The translations under genes and the position numbers were made by a program. A model generated the notes under the pieces. The model searched no databases. It had not been told where the DNA came from and worked only from the letters and a program-made list of their open reading frames with translations. Of a stretch of 64,000 bases of DNA, positions 48,213 through 61,319 are shown in pieces; the stretch's first letter is position 1, and every line of letters starts with the position of its first letter. Source of the DNA: Octopus bimaculoides (lineage: Eukaryota); the NCBI RefSeq assembly GCF_001194135.2, contig NC_068990.1:64115023-64179022 (forward strand), given 5' to 3'.

Positions 48213-49902
48213 TATGTATATACACACACACATATATATATATATATATATGTATACATACACACATATATATATTTATCAAATATTACATATGTACATC
48301 ATAAGTATTTATTCATGATTGCATACAAATATATTGCATAAGCACATCCCACATAAACACCACGCACATAGACACGCACTGGTTCATTTAGATTCCGAGG
48401 AAGAAAGACTAATTGCATGTTTGTGTGTTTGTGTATAATGTTTTCCTTATGTATCTCATTAATTAAGCCTGTTTCATTTAATTATTTCTGCTCAGACATC
48501 TCTTCTCTGGAACTTCTTGGTTGTTTGTAGCAGTGAAGTTTTTGTTGTTGTAGCTGTATTGCTATTATTGGTGGAGGTTGTGTGGGTGTTAGTGGTGGTG
48601 GTGGTGACCTTCATCATGGTGTGGTCATAGTGAAGATCGTGGTAGGGATGGCAGCAAACATTGTTTGGAACAGTAATATCAATATTTTTATTATTGTTGT
48701 TTATAATAGTTTTAATTGATGTTGTTAGTGTTTTTGTTGCTGTTGTTGTTGTTATTTAGTCCTATTTCAACCTTAATTTAACTGATCTATGATCAAAGGC
48801 ATTCCAGATGTGACCACCCCATCTTTTTTTCTACATACAAAGAACTCAAGGTCACATGGTTGATGGTGGTGGTGGTGGTAATGATGGTCTTATTGATGAT
48901 GAGGGTGATGATAGTTATGGTCTTATTGATGGTGTTGATGCTGAAAACAGGTCTTACCATTCCTTCAAATATTGAGGAAAGATTCCTTATTGGAGTAGGG
49001 GTGGAACTGGAGTAGGGGTGATATAATTAACGGTGCAGTAAGGATGGAAGTGGTGGTGATGTTTTTCTTTTGTCTGTTTATGCAACTGTTTTTTCTTCTT
49101 TGCTATTTATAACATTACATCCATTGTTCTTGTTGCTATTTCTGCTGTTTGTTCTTGATAATTTTTTTTTACTATCGTTTCTCATTTTGCTGCCTCTGTT
49201 GGTGCTGGTGCTGTCATTGCTGTTGCTGTTGTTGTTTTTAGGTAACCAGGGTTAGTTCTAACTGAACTGTGCTGTTGATCAAACATCAACTGATCATTTT
49301 ATTTGGTCCTATCAAATAATTAGAAGCCATCTGCTATTGTTGCAGTAACAACAACACCAACAGAGGTGGCAGCAGTTAAGCTTACGACCATGACATTGTC
49401 CCCGACCCATCTATGAAGAATGTAACTCCAAATAAGAACTGCCTCAGATTGTGATTATCATCCAACCCATGCCAGCACAGAAAGCAAATTTAATTGATGA
49501 GATGATTAGTTTGGAAGTCACAGCCTGAGCTGAACTATCACAATGAACAGAGAGTCCCATGTTGACACAATTACAAGTTTACTCTGATTTGGCACTTTAT
49601 TTGTCAACTGTGAAAGGATGAAATGCAAAATCGACCTTGGCAGGATTTGAACCCAGTTTGCAGATAACATTTACTGCAAAGTATTTTACCTGACAATTTC
49701 ATGGCTTTGCTAATTCTTTGCATTATCATTATTGTTGTTATTGTTTAGTTATTCATCTGTATTCAGAGTTTAAATCTTAGTAGGGTTAACTTTGCCTTTA
49801 ATTTTGCCTGGGGTCAATAAAATACAGTACAAGTGAAGAACTGTATTCAATACAATTGACTGTTCCTTCCCACAAAACATATGCTCATGTGCCTATGTTG
49901 TG

Positions 49903-50242
49903 TGAAGGCACATGGCTCAGTGGTTAGAGCTTACAATCACGAGATAGTGAGTTCAATTCCCAGGCTGGGCTGTATGTTTTGTTCTTGAGCAAGACTCTTC
50001 ATTTCATGTTGCTCCAGTTCACTCAGCTGTTGAAATGAGTTGTGGCATCTGTGGTGCCAAGCTGTATTAGCCTTTCCCTTTCCTTTGGACAACATTAGTG
50101 GTGTGGAGAGGGGAGGCTGGTATGCATGAGTGACTGCTGGTCTTCCATAAACAACCTTGCCTGGACTTGTGCCTCTGAGAGGAACTTTCTAGATGTAATC
50201 CCATGGTCATTCATGACCAAAGCAGTCTTTACCCTTTACCCT
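49903..50242 (+). mobile_element. SINE family C
   Basis: Full-length match to 31478-31800. Confidence 0.85.
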
Positions 50243-50380
50243 GTTAATATTATTATCAGAAATATTGTTAATGCTGAAGTTGTCTGGAGGTGGAATAACT
50301 AACTGGATAACTGGCTAAAACAGAAAAAGTGTTTCTGAGTAAAGCACTTTTTTATTCTACATTCTATGAATCCACTTAAC

Positions 50381-50520
50381 TATTGAGAATAGGTACCAGA
50401 CCACCCAGGAATAGGTACCAGAGGATTGGGGAATTGGTACCAGTTCATTCAAGATTAGGTACCAGATCATTTCGATGTAGGTACTAGATCATTCTGGAGT
50501 AGATTCTAGATAATCCAGGT
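50381..50520. repeat. Degenerate about 22-bp minisatellite with GGTACC core
   Basis: Six units of gaat(a/t)ggtaccaga + variable 7-8 nt. Inverted two-unit copy at 51102-51139. Confidence 0.75.
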
Positions 50521-50654
50521 ATCTTGTTAACTACTAATTAGTGTCCTATCCAGGTGAACATATATTTCATATCAGATTAAATTTATAAAATAACAAAGCT
50601 GAACACCAGTGCTCCAAAACTGTTGTATTTTACATATTTGTTGTTGTTGTAAAG

Positions 50655-50982
50655 GTATTAGTGGTAAAGGCTGAGTAGTTAGAGTATTTGGTTCATGATC
50701 ATAAAGTTGTGAGTTCGATTCCCGATGGTGCACTGTATCCTTGAGCAAGACACTTTATTTCACATTGCTCCAGTCCACTCAACTGACAAAAATGAGTAGT
50801 ATCTGTATTTCAAAGGCCCAGTCTTGTCACATTCTGTGCCACACTGAATCTCAGTGAAAACTTATGCTAAGGGTACACACGTCTGTGGAGTACTCAGCCA
50901 CTTGTACATTAATTTCATAAGCAGACTATTCCATTGATCAAATCAACTGGAACACTCATCGTCATAACTTACTGAGTGGCAG
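50655..50982 (+). mobile_element. SINE family B
   Basis: gagttcgattccc B-box, gtatccttgagcaagacactttatttcacattgctcc central block, family B tail. Confidence 0.85.
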
Positions 50983-51367
50983 TTTTGTTGTTGTTATTGA
51001 TATTCTGAAAGGTAATTACCATACTAAACGCTAATTATTACTTAATTGTTACTGCTGTTGCTGCTATATAGTCTCATTCAAAAATAGATGCCCAGTTATA
51101 TGGTACCTATTTCTGGATGATCTGGTACCAATTCTCAATGAAATAAACTTATAATCGAGGGCATTCCGGTCATGAGCATCTTTCGTTTCAGGTGCATCAA
51201 GGATAACATCATCAAATGTATCCTTTCTGATGCTTTGGTGTATTTTAATGGAAATGTAATTATTTTTTGTAGATTGAGAAATTGTTAAGAGGTTCCCTCA
51301 TTAATGTTGTAACTGCTGCTGTTGGTATTTTTCACAAACTTAAAATCACTTATGTTTTTACCCCCAG

Positions 51368-51507
51368 AATGTGACGCTATATCGATGGGCCAAGGACAAG
51401 ATATCCACGCTCGAAGGTTATTACAAGTTTCAATGCAAGATGGACAATGGGTGCTCTTGCAAAACTGTCACCTTGGACTGGATTTCATGGAGGAATTACT
51501 GAATACA
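51368..51507 (+). CDS. DNAH5/DNAH8: Dynein heavy chain exon 5 in window
   Basis: cccccag acceptor, ACA|gtgagt donor, phase 1 matches exon 4. Encodes (K)[46 protein letters not shown] (SMGQGQ and [12 protein letters not shown]6 motifs). Confidence 0.95.
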
Positions 51508-51774
51508 GTGAGTATTGATATTATTTATATTTTAGTAGTCTGTTTGAAAGTATTGAATCCAATTACTTTGTTGATGTAGTGGGAAGATTTTGTTTTTGTA
51601 ATGTTTGTTCAGTTTAATTTAGTTCATTATCATTTGTAGTCCCCAAAAAAGAACATCTGTTGTCAAAGAAGTAAAAAAAAAACAAATTACAGTAAATAGC
51701 CATAAATGGTGAGTGTAATTGTGGATCACTGAAGTTGGCATTAATGACATAAAAAATACTTTTATAATCTAATA

Positions 51775-52196
51775 ATATTGGTTTCAAACGTTGACGCAAA
51801 AACCAACACTTTCAAGGGGGTGAGTAAGTTGGTTACATTGATCCCAGTACTCAATTAGTACTGAATGGCAAAGTCAGCTTCAATGGTATTTGAACTTGGA
51901 ATGTAAAGACGGACAAAATACCACTAAGCATTTCACATGGCATGCTAATGATTCTGCCAGCCTACCGCTTTAAAATTTGATAATATTGGTTTCAAATTTT
52001 GGCACAAGGCCAGTAATTGCAGGGGTGGAGTAAGTTGATTACATTGACCCAGTGCTCAACTGCTACTAATTTTATCAACCTCAAAAGAATGAAAGGCAAA
52101 ATCGACCTCAGTGAATTTGAACTCAGAATGCAAAGACAGACAAAATGCCAAAGAGCATTTTGTTTGGCAGGCTAAGGATTATGCCAGCTTATCACC
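51775..52196 (-). mobile_element. Two tandem SINE family A copies
   Basis: Two reverse-complement copies. The second is flanked by a ttaaaatttgat(a/g)at TSD (about 51970 and about 52197). Confidence 0.85.
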
Positions 52197-53081
52197 TTAA
52201 AATTTGATGATTTTAATATGTATTGTTTGAATTTGAATTGATGAAGTGAGCACTATTTCTAGTCAAATTATTTCCTACACAAAATACAACAAATTAAGTA
52301 ATTCATTTAAGTATTATATTTATTAATGGAATTTTATGATTTTAATCACTATTATATTTCCTAAAAGTATAGATTCACATTATCCAATTAACTTGATACT
52401 AAATTTAAGTCTTGGAGCTAAAACAAGTTCAGATTTGAAAACATTCCCAAATTTTGATTAGTTGAAGAGAAAAGAAGTGCTTTCAAGTGATAATTTGGTT
52501 ATATTCTTGCACCAATTTCAATCCAATATATCCACTTTCTATTTTATTAAAAGTAAAAAAAAGCAAAAATCATCGAATTTAAGATCAGCATGTCCATACA
52601 TGGTAAACCATGATGAGGTTTGCTTTAATTTTACATTACTCTAGTGTATTCTGATTTGGTTGCATCAAATTGTCAAAATAGTGTATTTTATTCCAGGAAT
52701 TCTAAGTCTTTTGATAGATTCAATTAGGTGGATATCTTTTTATAAAAAGAGGAAGCCAAATATAAGATGCATCTTAAAAAATGAATTGAATAAATAAATT
52801 AAAATATTTTATAAAGAAAATTTTTTTTTCTTTATTAGAAATAATCTAATCTGAACAGGTAATTGCTTCTACTATCATCTTTTCTAGTGTTATTAATGCA
52901 ATGTTCTGAAAAAAATTGAGATCACTACTCATTATTGCACTTAAATCTTTCATTTTATTTACTGTATCCAGATCTGTACCTCTTTTATTTTTAGAAGATC
53001 AAGTAACTCCTGAGAGATTCCCATAGTCTGTAGTTAACCTAATCAGCAAAGTTGCATAGATCTTTAATGAAAGACATTTAA

Positions 53082-53298
53082 CCCTTTAGAATTTAAACTG
53101 GTCATATGCAGCCAAAATATTCTGTTTTATGTTTAAACTGGACAGTTCTGGCTTCTCACACTTACTTTACAATACCATTTAAAAATATAAAAAATCACAT
53201 CATCGAAATCTCAAAGCCACACGATAATACCTGATTAATTCAAAACAATGTGAATAAATAAGCATTACATTTCACAGAACATTGAGAAAGCTAAAAAG
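53082..53298. mobile_element. piggyBac-type MITE
   Basis: TTAA at 53078-81 and 53299-302, with termini ccctttag / ctaaaaag (imperfect TIR). Confidence 0.7.
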
Positions 53299-53789
53299 TT
53301 AAGACCAAAGCATATCATCTTTTCCTATATCATGGATGCCTAAATCAATATGTTTTTCTTTTACAATTTGAGAAAATTTGACCTACTAATTCTAGCTAGT
53401 CAGCTAACTTCTCAGAGCTTCTCTCTTTGATCATCTTTGATCATCAAAGATGTTTGTCATAATGATCTCAGTGCAATGTGTATGAGATATGTTATCAAAA
53501 TCAATTAGTTTTAGGTCTCAGACTTTTAATCTGCTAAAACACCAAATCCATCTTTGTTTGATATCTTGAGGGTGTCAACTTTATTAAATCCTCTTATCTA
53601 TAGATTAGATTCTTTAATCTGCTAAATCATAAAAACACTCAACAAACTATAGAAGTTTCAAAATTTTAAGATTCTGAACCAAATATTTCAGTTCTTTTTC
53701 TTTCTATAACAAAAAAAAAAAAAAAAGAAACAGAACAGAAGGAAAATGGATGACCATTCTGGTAGCGAATTAATCTATAATGATATGTA

Positions 53790-54110
53790 TAGCTCAGTGG
53801 TTACAGTGTCTGGCTCACAATCATGAGGTAGTGAGTTTGATCACTAGACTGGGTTGTGGGTTGTGTTCTTGAGCAAGACGCTTTATTTCACATTGTTCCA
53901 GTTCACTCAACTGTAGAAATGAGTTGCAACATCACTGGTGCCAAGCTGTATCAGCTTTTACCTTTTCTTTGGATAAAATTGGTGGCATGGAGAGGGGAGG
54001 CTGGCATGCATGGGCAACTTCCATAAACAAATATGCCCAGATTTGTGGAAGGGAACTTTCCAGGTGCAATCCCATGGTTATTCATGACCAAAGGGAGTCT
54101 TTACCCTTAT
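53790..54110 (+). mobile_element. SINE family C
   Basis: Match to other family C copies. Confidence 0.82.
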
Positions 54111-54157
<47 letters not shown>

Positions 54158-54929
54158 NNNNNNNNNNNNNNNNNNNNNNNNNNNNNNNNNNNNNNNNNNN
54201 NNNNNNNNNNNNNNNNNNNNNNNNNNNNNNNNNNNNNNNNNNNNNNNNNNNNNNNNNNNNNNNNNNNNNNNNNNNNNNNNNNNNNNNNNNNNNNNNNNNN
54301 NNNNNNNNNNNNNNNNNNNNNNNNNNNNNNNNNNNNNNNNNNNNNNNNNNNNNNNNNNNNNNNNNNNNNNNNNNNNNNNNNNNNNNNNNNNNNNNNNNNN
54401 NNNNNNNNNNNNNNNNNNNNNNNNNNNNNNNNNNNNNNNNNNNNNNNNNNNNNNNNNNNNNNNNNNNNNNNNNNNNNNNNNNNNNNNNNNNNNNNNNNNN
54501 NNNNNNNNNNNNNNNNNNNNNNNNNNNNNNNNNNNNNNNNNNNNNNNNNNNNNNNNNNNNNNNNNNNNNNNNNNNNNNNNNNNNNNNNNNNNNNNNNNNN
54601 NNNNNNNNNNNNNNNNNNNNNNNNNNNNNNNNNNNNNNNNNNNNNNNNNNNNNNNNNNNNNNNNNNNNNNNNNNNNNNNNNNNNNNNNNNNNNNNNNNNN
54701 NNNNNNNNNNNNNNNNNNNNNNNNNNNNNNNNNNNNNNNNNNNNNNNNNNNNNNNNNNNNNNNNNNNNNNNNNNNNNNNNNNNNNNNNNNNNNNNNNNNN
54801 NNNNNNNNNNNNNNNNNNNNNNNNNNNNNNNNNNNNNNNNNNNNNNNNNNNNNNNNNNNNNNNNNNNNNNNNNNNNNNNNNNNNNNNNNNNNNNNNNNNN
54901 NNNNNNNNNNNATATATATATATATATAT

Positions 54930-55084
54930 GAGTGGTTGGCGTTAGGAAGGGCATCCAGCTGTAGAAACTCTGCCAAATCAGACTGGAGCCTGGTGTTGCC
55001 ATCCGGTTTCACCAGTCCTCAGTCAAATCGTCCAACCCATGCTAGCATGGAAAGCGGACGTTAAACGATGATGATGATGATGAT
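54930..55084 (+). mobile_element. Young short RTE-tail insertion in (TA)n
   Basis: CpG-intact, 2 differences from 38572-38716 over about 130 nt, (TA)n on both sides. Confidence 0.85.
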
Positions 55085-55234
55085 ATATATATATATATAT
55101 ATATATGCATACGAACATATATATACATGCATTAAAGATGGACATTAAATGATCATGATCAGGATGATATATTTACACACACATTAATACACATGCATAC
55201 ATTTGCCTTTTATTTATTTATTCTTTCTTTTAAG

Positions 55235-55399
55235 GTAACATGTGGGGAAAACATGCATGACAATTTCCGCTGCTGGTTAACAACTGAAGAACATCCAAAA
55301 TTCCCTATAAACCTTTTACAAGCATCAATAAAGTTCACAAATGAACCTCCCCAAGGAGTTAAAGCCAGCTTGAAGAGAACATATGCAGGGATTAGTCAG
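55235..55399 (+). CDS. DNAH5/DNAH8: Dynein heavy chain exon 6 in window
   Basis: tctttcttttaag acceptor, CAG|gtaaag donor, 165 nt. Encodes VTCGENMHDNFRCWLTTEEHPKFPINLLQASIKFTNEPPQGVKASLKRTYAGISQ. Confidence 0.94.
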
Positions 55400-55769
55400 G
55401 TAAAGCAAACACTTAATTTTAGCATTTTCATTTCATGGTCACCATTTTTGTTCTATGTTCCCCAATTTTATTTAATATTTTCTACCAATGCTTATTCTCT
55501 GCCTCTAAAAATCTCCCTTTTGTATCAACTTTCAGAGTGACAAGGCATGCAGTATTCACTTAGTTTCAGTACCATTTTCACTGCAGTCTACTTTCACCAC
55601 CATTCTTCACTCAATATATTTTTTCAGTCCCATTTCTATTATATCAACTGGTACATCAATATAACTTTGTTAATGACAATAGAACTTTGTTTATGACACT
55701 TTCACTTCCATTGCAGTACAATTCTTATAATCCCAAATCTGAAATCTTGTTATCAAATGAAAATAGGTA

Positions 55770-56160
55770 AAGATGTGTGGTTAAGAAGCTCATGTTATGA
55801 CCATACCGTTTCAGGTTCAGTCCTACTGTGTGGCACCTTAAGCAAGTGTCTTCTACAATAGCACCCCAGACCAAGAATGCCTAATGAGTGAATTTGGTTG
55901 ATAGAAACTGAGAGAATCTTGTATATGTATGTGTGTATGCTTTGTATTTGGGTATGTTTCCTCCTCCCACCCTTGCCCTGTATGACGATCTGTGTTGGTT
56001 TGCTTATGTCCCTATAATTTAACAGTTTGGGCAAAAGAGACCAATGGAATAAGCACTAGACTTTAAATAAATAAGTACTGGATTAATGTGTTTGACTAAA
56101 CCCTTTAAGGCAGTGCTCTAGCATGGCTGCAGTCCAGTGTCTAGGATAATAGACAATAAA
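55770..56160 (+). mobile_element. SINE family D
   Basis: Full family D layout. Confidence 0.8.
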
Positions 56161-56217
56161 AGATAAAAATGTGTATGCCCAAAGTATCAGTCAAATACTG
56201 CGGTCATTTCCTTTCTT

Positions 56218-56260
<43 letters not shown>

Positions 56261-56542
56261 ATTATTTAAATTGTGAGAGATATGAGTGTCACACCCTATA
56301 ATATCCTTTACTTCCATGACAACCACTTTCACTCCATTGCACTGCAAGATTGTGGATACCAGATCACATATACAGTAGTCTTGATGGCTGTATAGTAAGA
56401 CATTTGCTTCCCAGCCACACAGTTCTGGGTTCAGCCCTATTGTGTGGCACCTTGGGTATGTGTCTTCTACCATAACCTCGGGCCATCCAAAGACTTGATT
56501 GGATTTGGTAGATAGAAAAGTCAAAGAAGCCCATCATATGTG

Positions 56543-56593
<51 letters not shown>

Positions 56594-57087
56594 NNNNNNN
56601 NNNNNNNNNNNNNNNNNNNNNNNNNNNNNNNNNNNNNNNNNNNNNNNNNNNNNNNNNNNNNNNNNNNNNNNNNNNNNNNNNNNNNNNNNNNNNNNNNNNN
56701 NNNNNNNNNNNNNNNNNNNNNNNNNNNNNNNNNNNNNNNNNNNNNNNNNNNNNNNNNNNNNNNNNNNNNNNNNNNNNNNNNNNNNNNNNNNNNNNNNNNN
56801 NNNNNNNNNNNNNNNNNNNNNNNNNNNNNNNNNNNNNNNNNNNNNNNNNNNNNNNNNNNNNNNNNNNNNNNNNNNNNNNNNNNNNNNNNNNNNNNNNNNN
56901 NNNNNNNNNNNNNNNNNNNNNNNNNNNNNNNNNNNNNNNNNNNNNNNNNNNNNNNNNNNNNNNNNNNNNNNNNNNNNNNNNNNNNNNNNNNNNNNNNNNN
57001 NNNNNNNNNNNNNNNNNNNNNNNNNNNNNNNNNNNNNNNNNNNNNNNNNNNNNNNNNNNNNNNNNNNNTATATATGCATATATATAA

Positions 57088-57485
57088 AGGTGCAAGTGTG
57101 GCTGTGTCATAAGAAGTTTGCTTCCAACTACATAGTTCCAGGTTCAGACCCACTGCATGGTACCTTGGGTGAGTGTCTTCTACTATAACCTTGGGCTGAG
57201 CAAAGCCATGTGAATGGATTTGGTAGATGGAAACTGAAGGATGCTCATTGTATGAGTGTGTGTGTGTGCTTGTGTCTGTGTTTGTCCCTCATCACTGCTT
57301 GTCAATCAGTCTTGGTGTGTTTACATTCCCATAACTTAGTGGTTCAGGAAAAGAGACCAATAGAGTAAGTACCAGGCTTAAAAAAAAATGGGAGTGCTGG
57401 GGGCAATTCATTCAACTAAAATTCTTCAAGGCAGTGCTTCAGCATGGCCACAGTCAAACAACTGAAACAAGTAAAGTAATAAAAG
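57088..57485 (+). mobile_element. SINE family D
   Basis: Full family D layout. Confidence 0.82.
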
Positions 57486-57574
57486 ATTTATAATTCATGT
57501 ATTTTGTTTCCTGCTCATCACCAATTCTACATTTGATAGCAATTATTTAAATTTTCTTTTTTTGTTTTTTTAAG

Positions 57575-57769
57575 GAGCAACTTGATATCAATAATCTTCC
57601 TATGTGGAAACCAATGTTGTATAGTGTTGCATTCCTTCATACGACAGTACAAGAGAGACGCAAGTTTGGTCCCATTGGATGGAACATTCCTTATGAATTT
57701 AACCAAGCTGACTTCAGTGCCACAGTCCAGTTTATACAAAGCCATCTGGATGATCTTGACATGAAGAAA
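57575..57769 (+). CDS. DNAH5/DNAH8: Dynein heavy chain exon 7 in window
   Basis: ttttttaag acceptor, AAA|gtaagg donor, 195 nt. Encodes [65 protein letters not shown]. Confidence 0.96.
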
Positions 57770-58074
57770 GTAAGGCTATTTTCTATGTATGCCTGACAAA
57801 TATATCAGCGATCACATGTACACTAGCAATAGTCGGAGTAACAATAAGCATAACACTATTAATAACAATCATGAACCACCAATTGCTTTACCTGCAGGAA
57901 ATAAAAACTAAGTTTCAAATCTCCCTCAAATCACATACTACTTTCTTTAAAAAGCAAATATAACAGATACACTATGTTTGAAAAAATGACGTAATTGCCA
58001 ATGGTTGACATGCTAATGACTCTAAGCCTACTGAATGAAGACTGGGGAATTCAGTAATCATAGCTACATTACTG

Positions 58075-58119
<45 letters not shown>

Positions 58120-58120
<1 letters not shown>

Positions 58121-60890
58121 TACACACTCAGAAGATTAGACTGTTGGAAAAGAAAAGAATCTTAACATCAGGTTACAAGTAGCCTTAGATGCCAAGAATC
58201 CTCCTAAGTATCCTAACTGTCCCTAATAACACTGTTATCTGCTGCTGTACTAAACTGGGTTTTATGCCTATTTCCTCTATCCATCTGTTCAGATCTTTAG
58301 GGGTAGTTCCCAATGCACCTATAACTACTGGGATACATTTTACCCACACTTTCCATAGTCTCTGTAATTCAATAACTAGGTCCTAGTATTTTGCTATTTT
58401 TTCTATATTTTTCATATTAATTTTTTCATCATTTGGGGCTGTAAAGTCAATTATCTGGCACTTTTTATTCTCTTTATCTATGACTACCAAATCAGGTATT
58501 CTAGCTCCTATTATTCTGTTAGTCTGAATGTTAAAGTCACATAAAATATTGTATTTCTTACTTTCTAGTACTTTACTAAGTTCATGTTCATACCATTTAT
58601 CAGTATGTTAAAATCCTAGCTTTCTACAACGCTCCCAATGGATTGCTCTCCCTAGATTGTCATGTCTTTCCTTGTATTTTTCTGTGCCAGCATGCTACAT
58701 TAACTTACTATACGAGTAAGGCTTTCCTCTTTTGATTTGCATAACCTACAATGGGAATCTACTTGTATTTTGTCTATCTTGATTTTTATTCAATTAGTCC
58801 TTAATTTTTTATCTTGTGCAACTATTAACAAACTTTCTGTCTCTCTCTTCAGCTTTCCCTTCTGCAGTCATAACCATGTCTCACTACTACTATTTGCTAA
58901 AACTATCTTTGGGAATCTACCATGCAACACCTTCTCCTGCCAGTCAGATCATTTCTGTTCTTTTTTCTGGTTTTTAAGTTCGGTTGGTGTTTTGGTTTCT
59001 CTGTGTCTTGCTGTGACTCTAGCAGCTTCTAATAAACTCTCTTCACTATTACCTACATAGGAGTTTATATCTATTCTAGCTTACTCCACACAGTCTTCCA
59101 TTGATATTAACCCTCTTCCACCTTCCTTTCTAGATAGATATAATCTTGCCACTCCTGCTTTTGAATGGAGTCCTCCATTCATATTGAATTCCTTCCTAGT
59201 TCTTCTGTCTAGCTTTGCTAATTCAGTTTTTGTCCAATCTACAAAAGCTGCTGAGTATCTAAGTAATGATACTGCCCAAGTATTTACAGCTTTCACTAGA
59301 TTCGGACCTTTTATCTTTGACTCCATTAGCTTCTTCACCCTTCTGGTGTACTCCTCAATTTTCTTTTTCATTTCTGTAGCTAGTACTGTCAGTCTCTAAT
59401 GCTCCTAGATACCTTTAGGAAAGTGGTTATATACCATTAGGTGTATACCCGCTTTCCTATATTAAATTCAAAAGAAGCAACAAACGCTGACTCTGAACTA
59501 TCAACACAACAATATTTATTTATGTAGGAAATAGGAATGGTTGCTGAGACGTTGGAATGCTGGAATAAAAGCTGTCCCCAGAGTTGGAATGCTGGAGAGA
59601 CAGCTTGATACGACCACGCTCATGGCCGGCCGGCCGAGAAAGAGAATGAAAAGAGTGGGAACGTTTAGATGTTGAATTCCACGCATGCACATGGGACTCT
59701 TCCTGTGTTCCTTCCGGAACTATTCCCCGCGCATGCGTGGATGAAAACGCAGTAATGGCGACTGTATTTTGGCGCCAGATGACGTCACTACATACCTATA
59801 ATTCTCTATTCTTTTCATTGATTTTAATGTCTGGCCATCTGGTAATTAGATGCCTTCGCTGTTGACTACCTGTCCCCTTCTCATGACTAATATTGCACTC
59901 TTACCTATGCCAAATGCCATGCCTATATCTTTGCTAAAGAGTCTTACAGTCTGTATTAAGGAATCTATCTCTTATTCATTCTTACTAAAAAGCTTCAGAT
60001 CATCCATATTGAGCAAATGGTTAATTTTTCCATTACTATTTCTGAACTGATATCCTGCCATTGCCTTCCTTAATACTAAACTGAGGAAGATCAAACATAG
60101 AACAAATTTTAAAAGGGACAATGAATCCCCCTGGAAAATTCCTCCCTTGATATTAGCTTTCCCGAGGAGCATATCACCTGATTAGAGATCTACTTTCCAT
60201 TTTTTCATGCTAAAGCTAATTGATTCTATTATGTTGTCTGCTATACTGAATATACTCAAGCATTAACTTGTCTATGAGTGTGAGATCATATCATAGGCTT
60301 TCCTATAATCTATCCATGCTATTTTTTTTTCCTAGCTTTTACTTCATTAAGAACTGCTTTGGCTATATATAATAGATCATGCGTTCCTCTAGCCTTCTTC
60401 CTGCAACCTTTCTGTTCTTCTGGTAGTAAATTCTGATTGTCAAGGTGCTCATAAATGTTTTCTGAAAGCATTCCTGTTAACAACTTCCACACTAATAGTA
60501 AGCAAGTAATTGGTCTATAGTTGCTAGCTGTATTACTCTTGCTCTTACCCTTCATAATGAGTATTGTCCTCCCTCTAGTCATCCAGTCTAGTGTTATTCC
60601 TCCATTAAGGTAATCCTGAAGTTGTTCCCTCAGCCCTGCCATGTAAACTACTAAATTTCTTTAGTCAGTAACCTTGAATTAAATCTGGCCCTGGACCCTT
60701 CCAACTCGGCATTTTTCCTAACACTTTACTCATTAATACACTAGTTAATATTAAATCTGGCTGCTTCTCACTCGCTACTTCTTCCCTCGCTTTCTTTAAC
60801 CATACTGCATCTCCATTATGATTGACTGGTTTATCCCAAATATTACTCCAGAACTTTCTAGCTTCTTCTGCGAGTCCATTGCAAAACTAT
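58120..60890 (-). mobile_element. Large 5'-truncated R4/Dong-type RLE retrotransposon with nested solo LTR
   Basis: GRTILIMK...SNYRPITCL...EEQKGCRK, GIFQGDSLS, HLLNMDDLKLF, YRYLG, VNTWAVSLLRYSA, LYLSRKEGGRGL, terminal LLGTVRILRRILGI*, then (TAA)n at about 58075-58118. Confidence 0.93.
59414..59792 (-). mobile_element. Solo LTR (Gypsy-like) with 4-bp TSD
   Basis: TACC duplicated at 59410-13 and 59793-96; removing the insert restores the R4 frame NYRYLGA. Starts TGTAGTGACG on the minus strand, has AATAAA, CpG-rich. Confidence 0.85.
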
Positions 60891-61319
60891 TCGTTTTTGC
60901 CAGCTGAGTGAACTGGGACAATATGAAATGAAGTGTTTTTCTCAAGAACTCATGTCACCCAGCCCAGGAATCGAAACCACAATTTTGCAATCATGAGTCC
61001 AACATCCTAACCATTAAGCCACGTGCCTCCATGCCACCACAACCACCACCACAATACCAACCACAGCCCAAATTAATACCAACAAAATCATAACAACCAC
61101 ATATACAAAACTACTACAGCACCACCAACCATGATCAGACAATCAAAATAGATAGATTGTTCTATTTGTGTCCACTACTGAAAGTATTTTAACAGTAATT
61201 ATGCTGTATACTGCTTTAATATTCACTCTTACTGGAAGACAACTAATAACAACTAACTACAGAACACTATAGCTACACAAATTATGTATGTGTCAATATA
61301 TCATCATCATCATCATCTT

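Noticed and set aside
50381-50520. CRISPR-like repeat/spacer pattern
   Set aside because: Eukaryotic intron, spacers only 7-8 nt, degenerate repeats and no cas genes. Treated as a minisatellite.
53924-57188. Long ORFs of 180-343 aa in the ORF track
   Set aside because: They consist of N-gap X residues and (TA)n translations.
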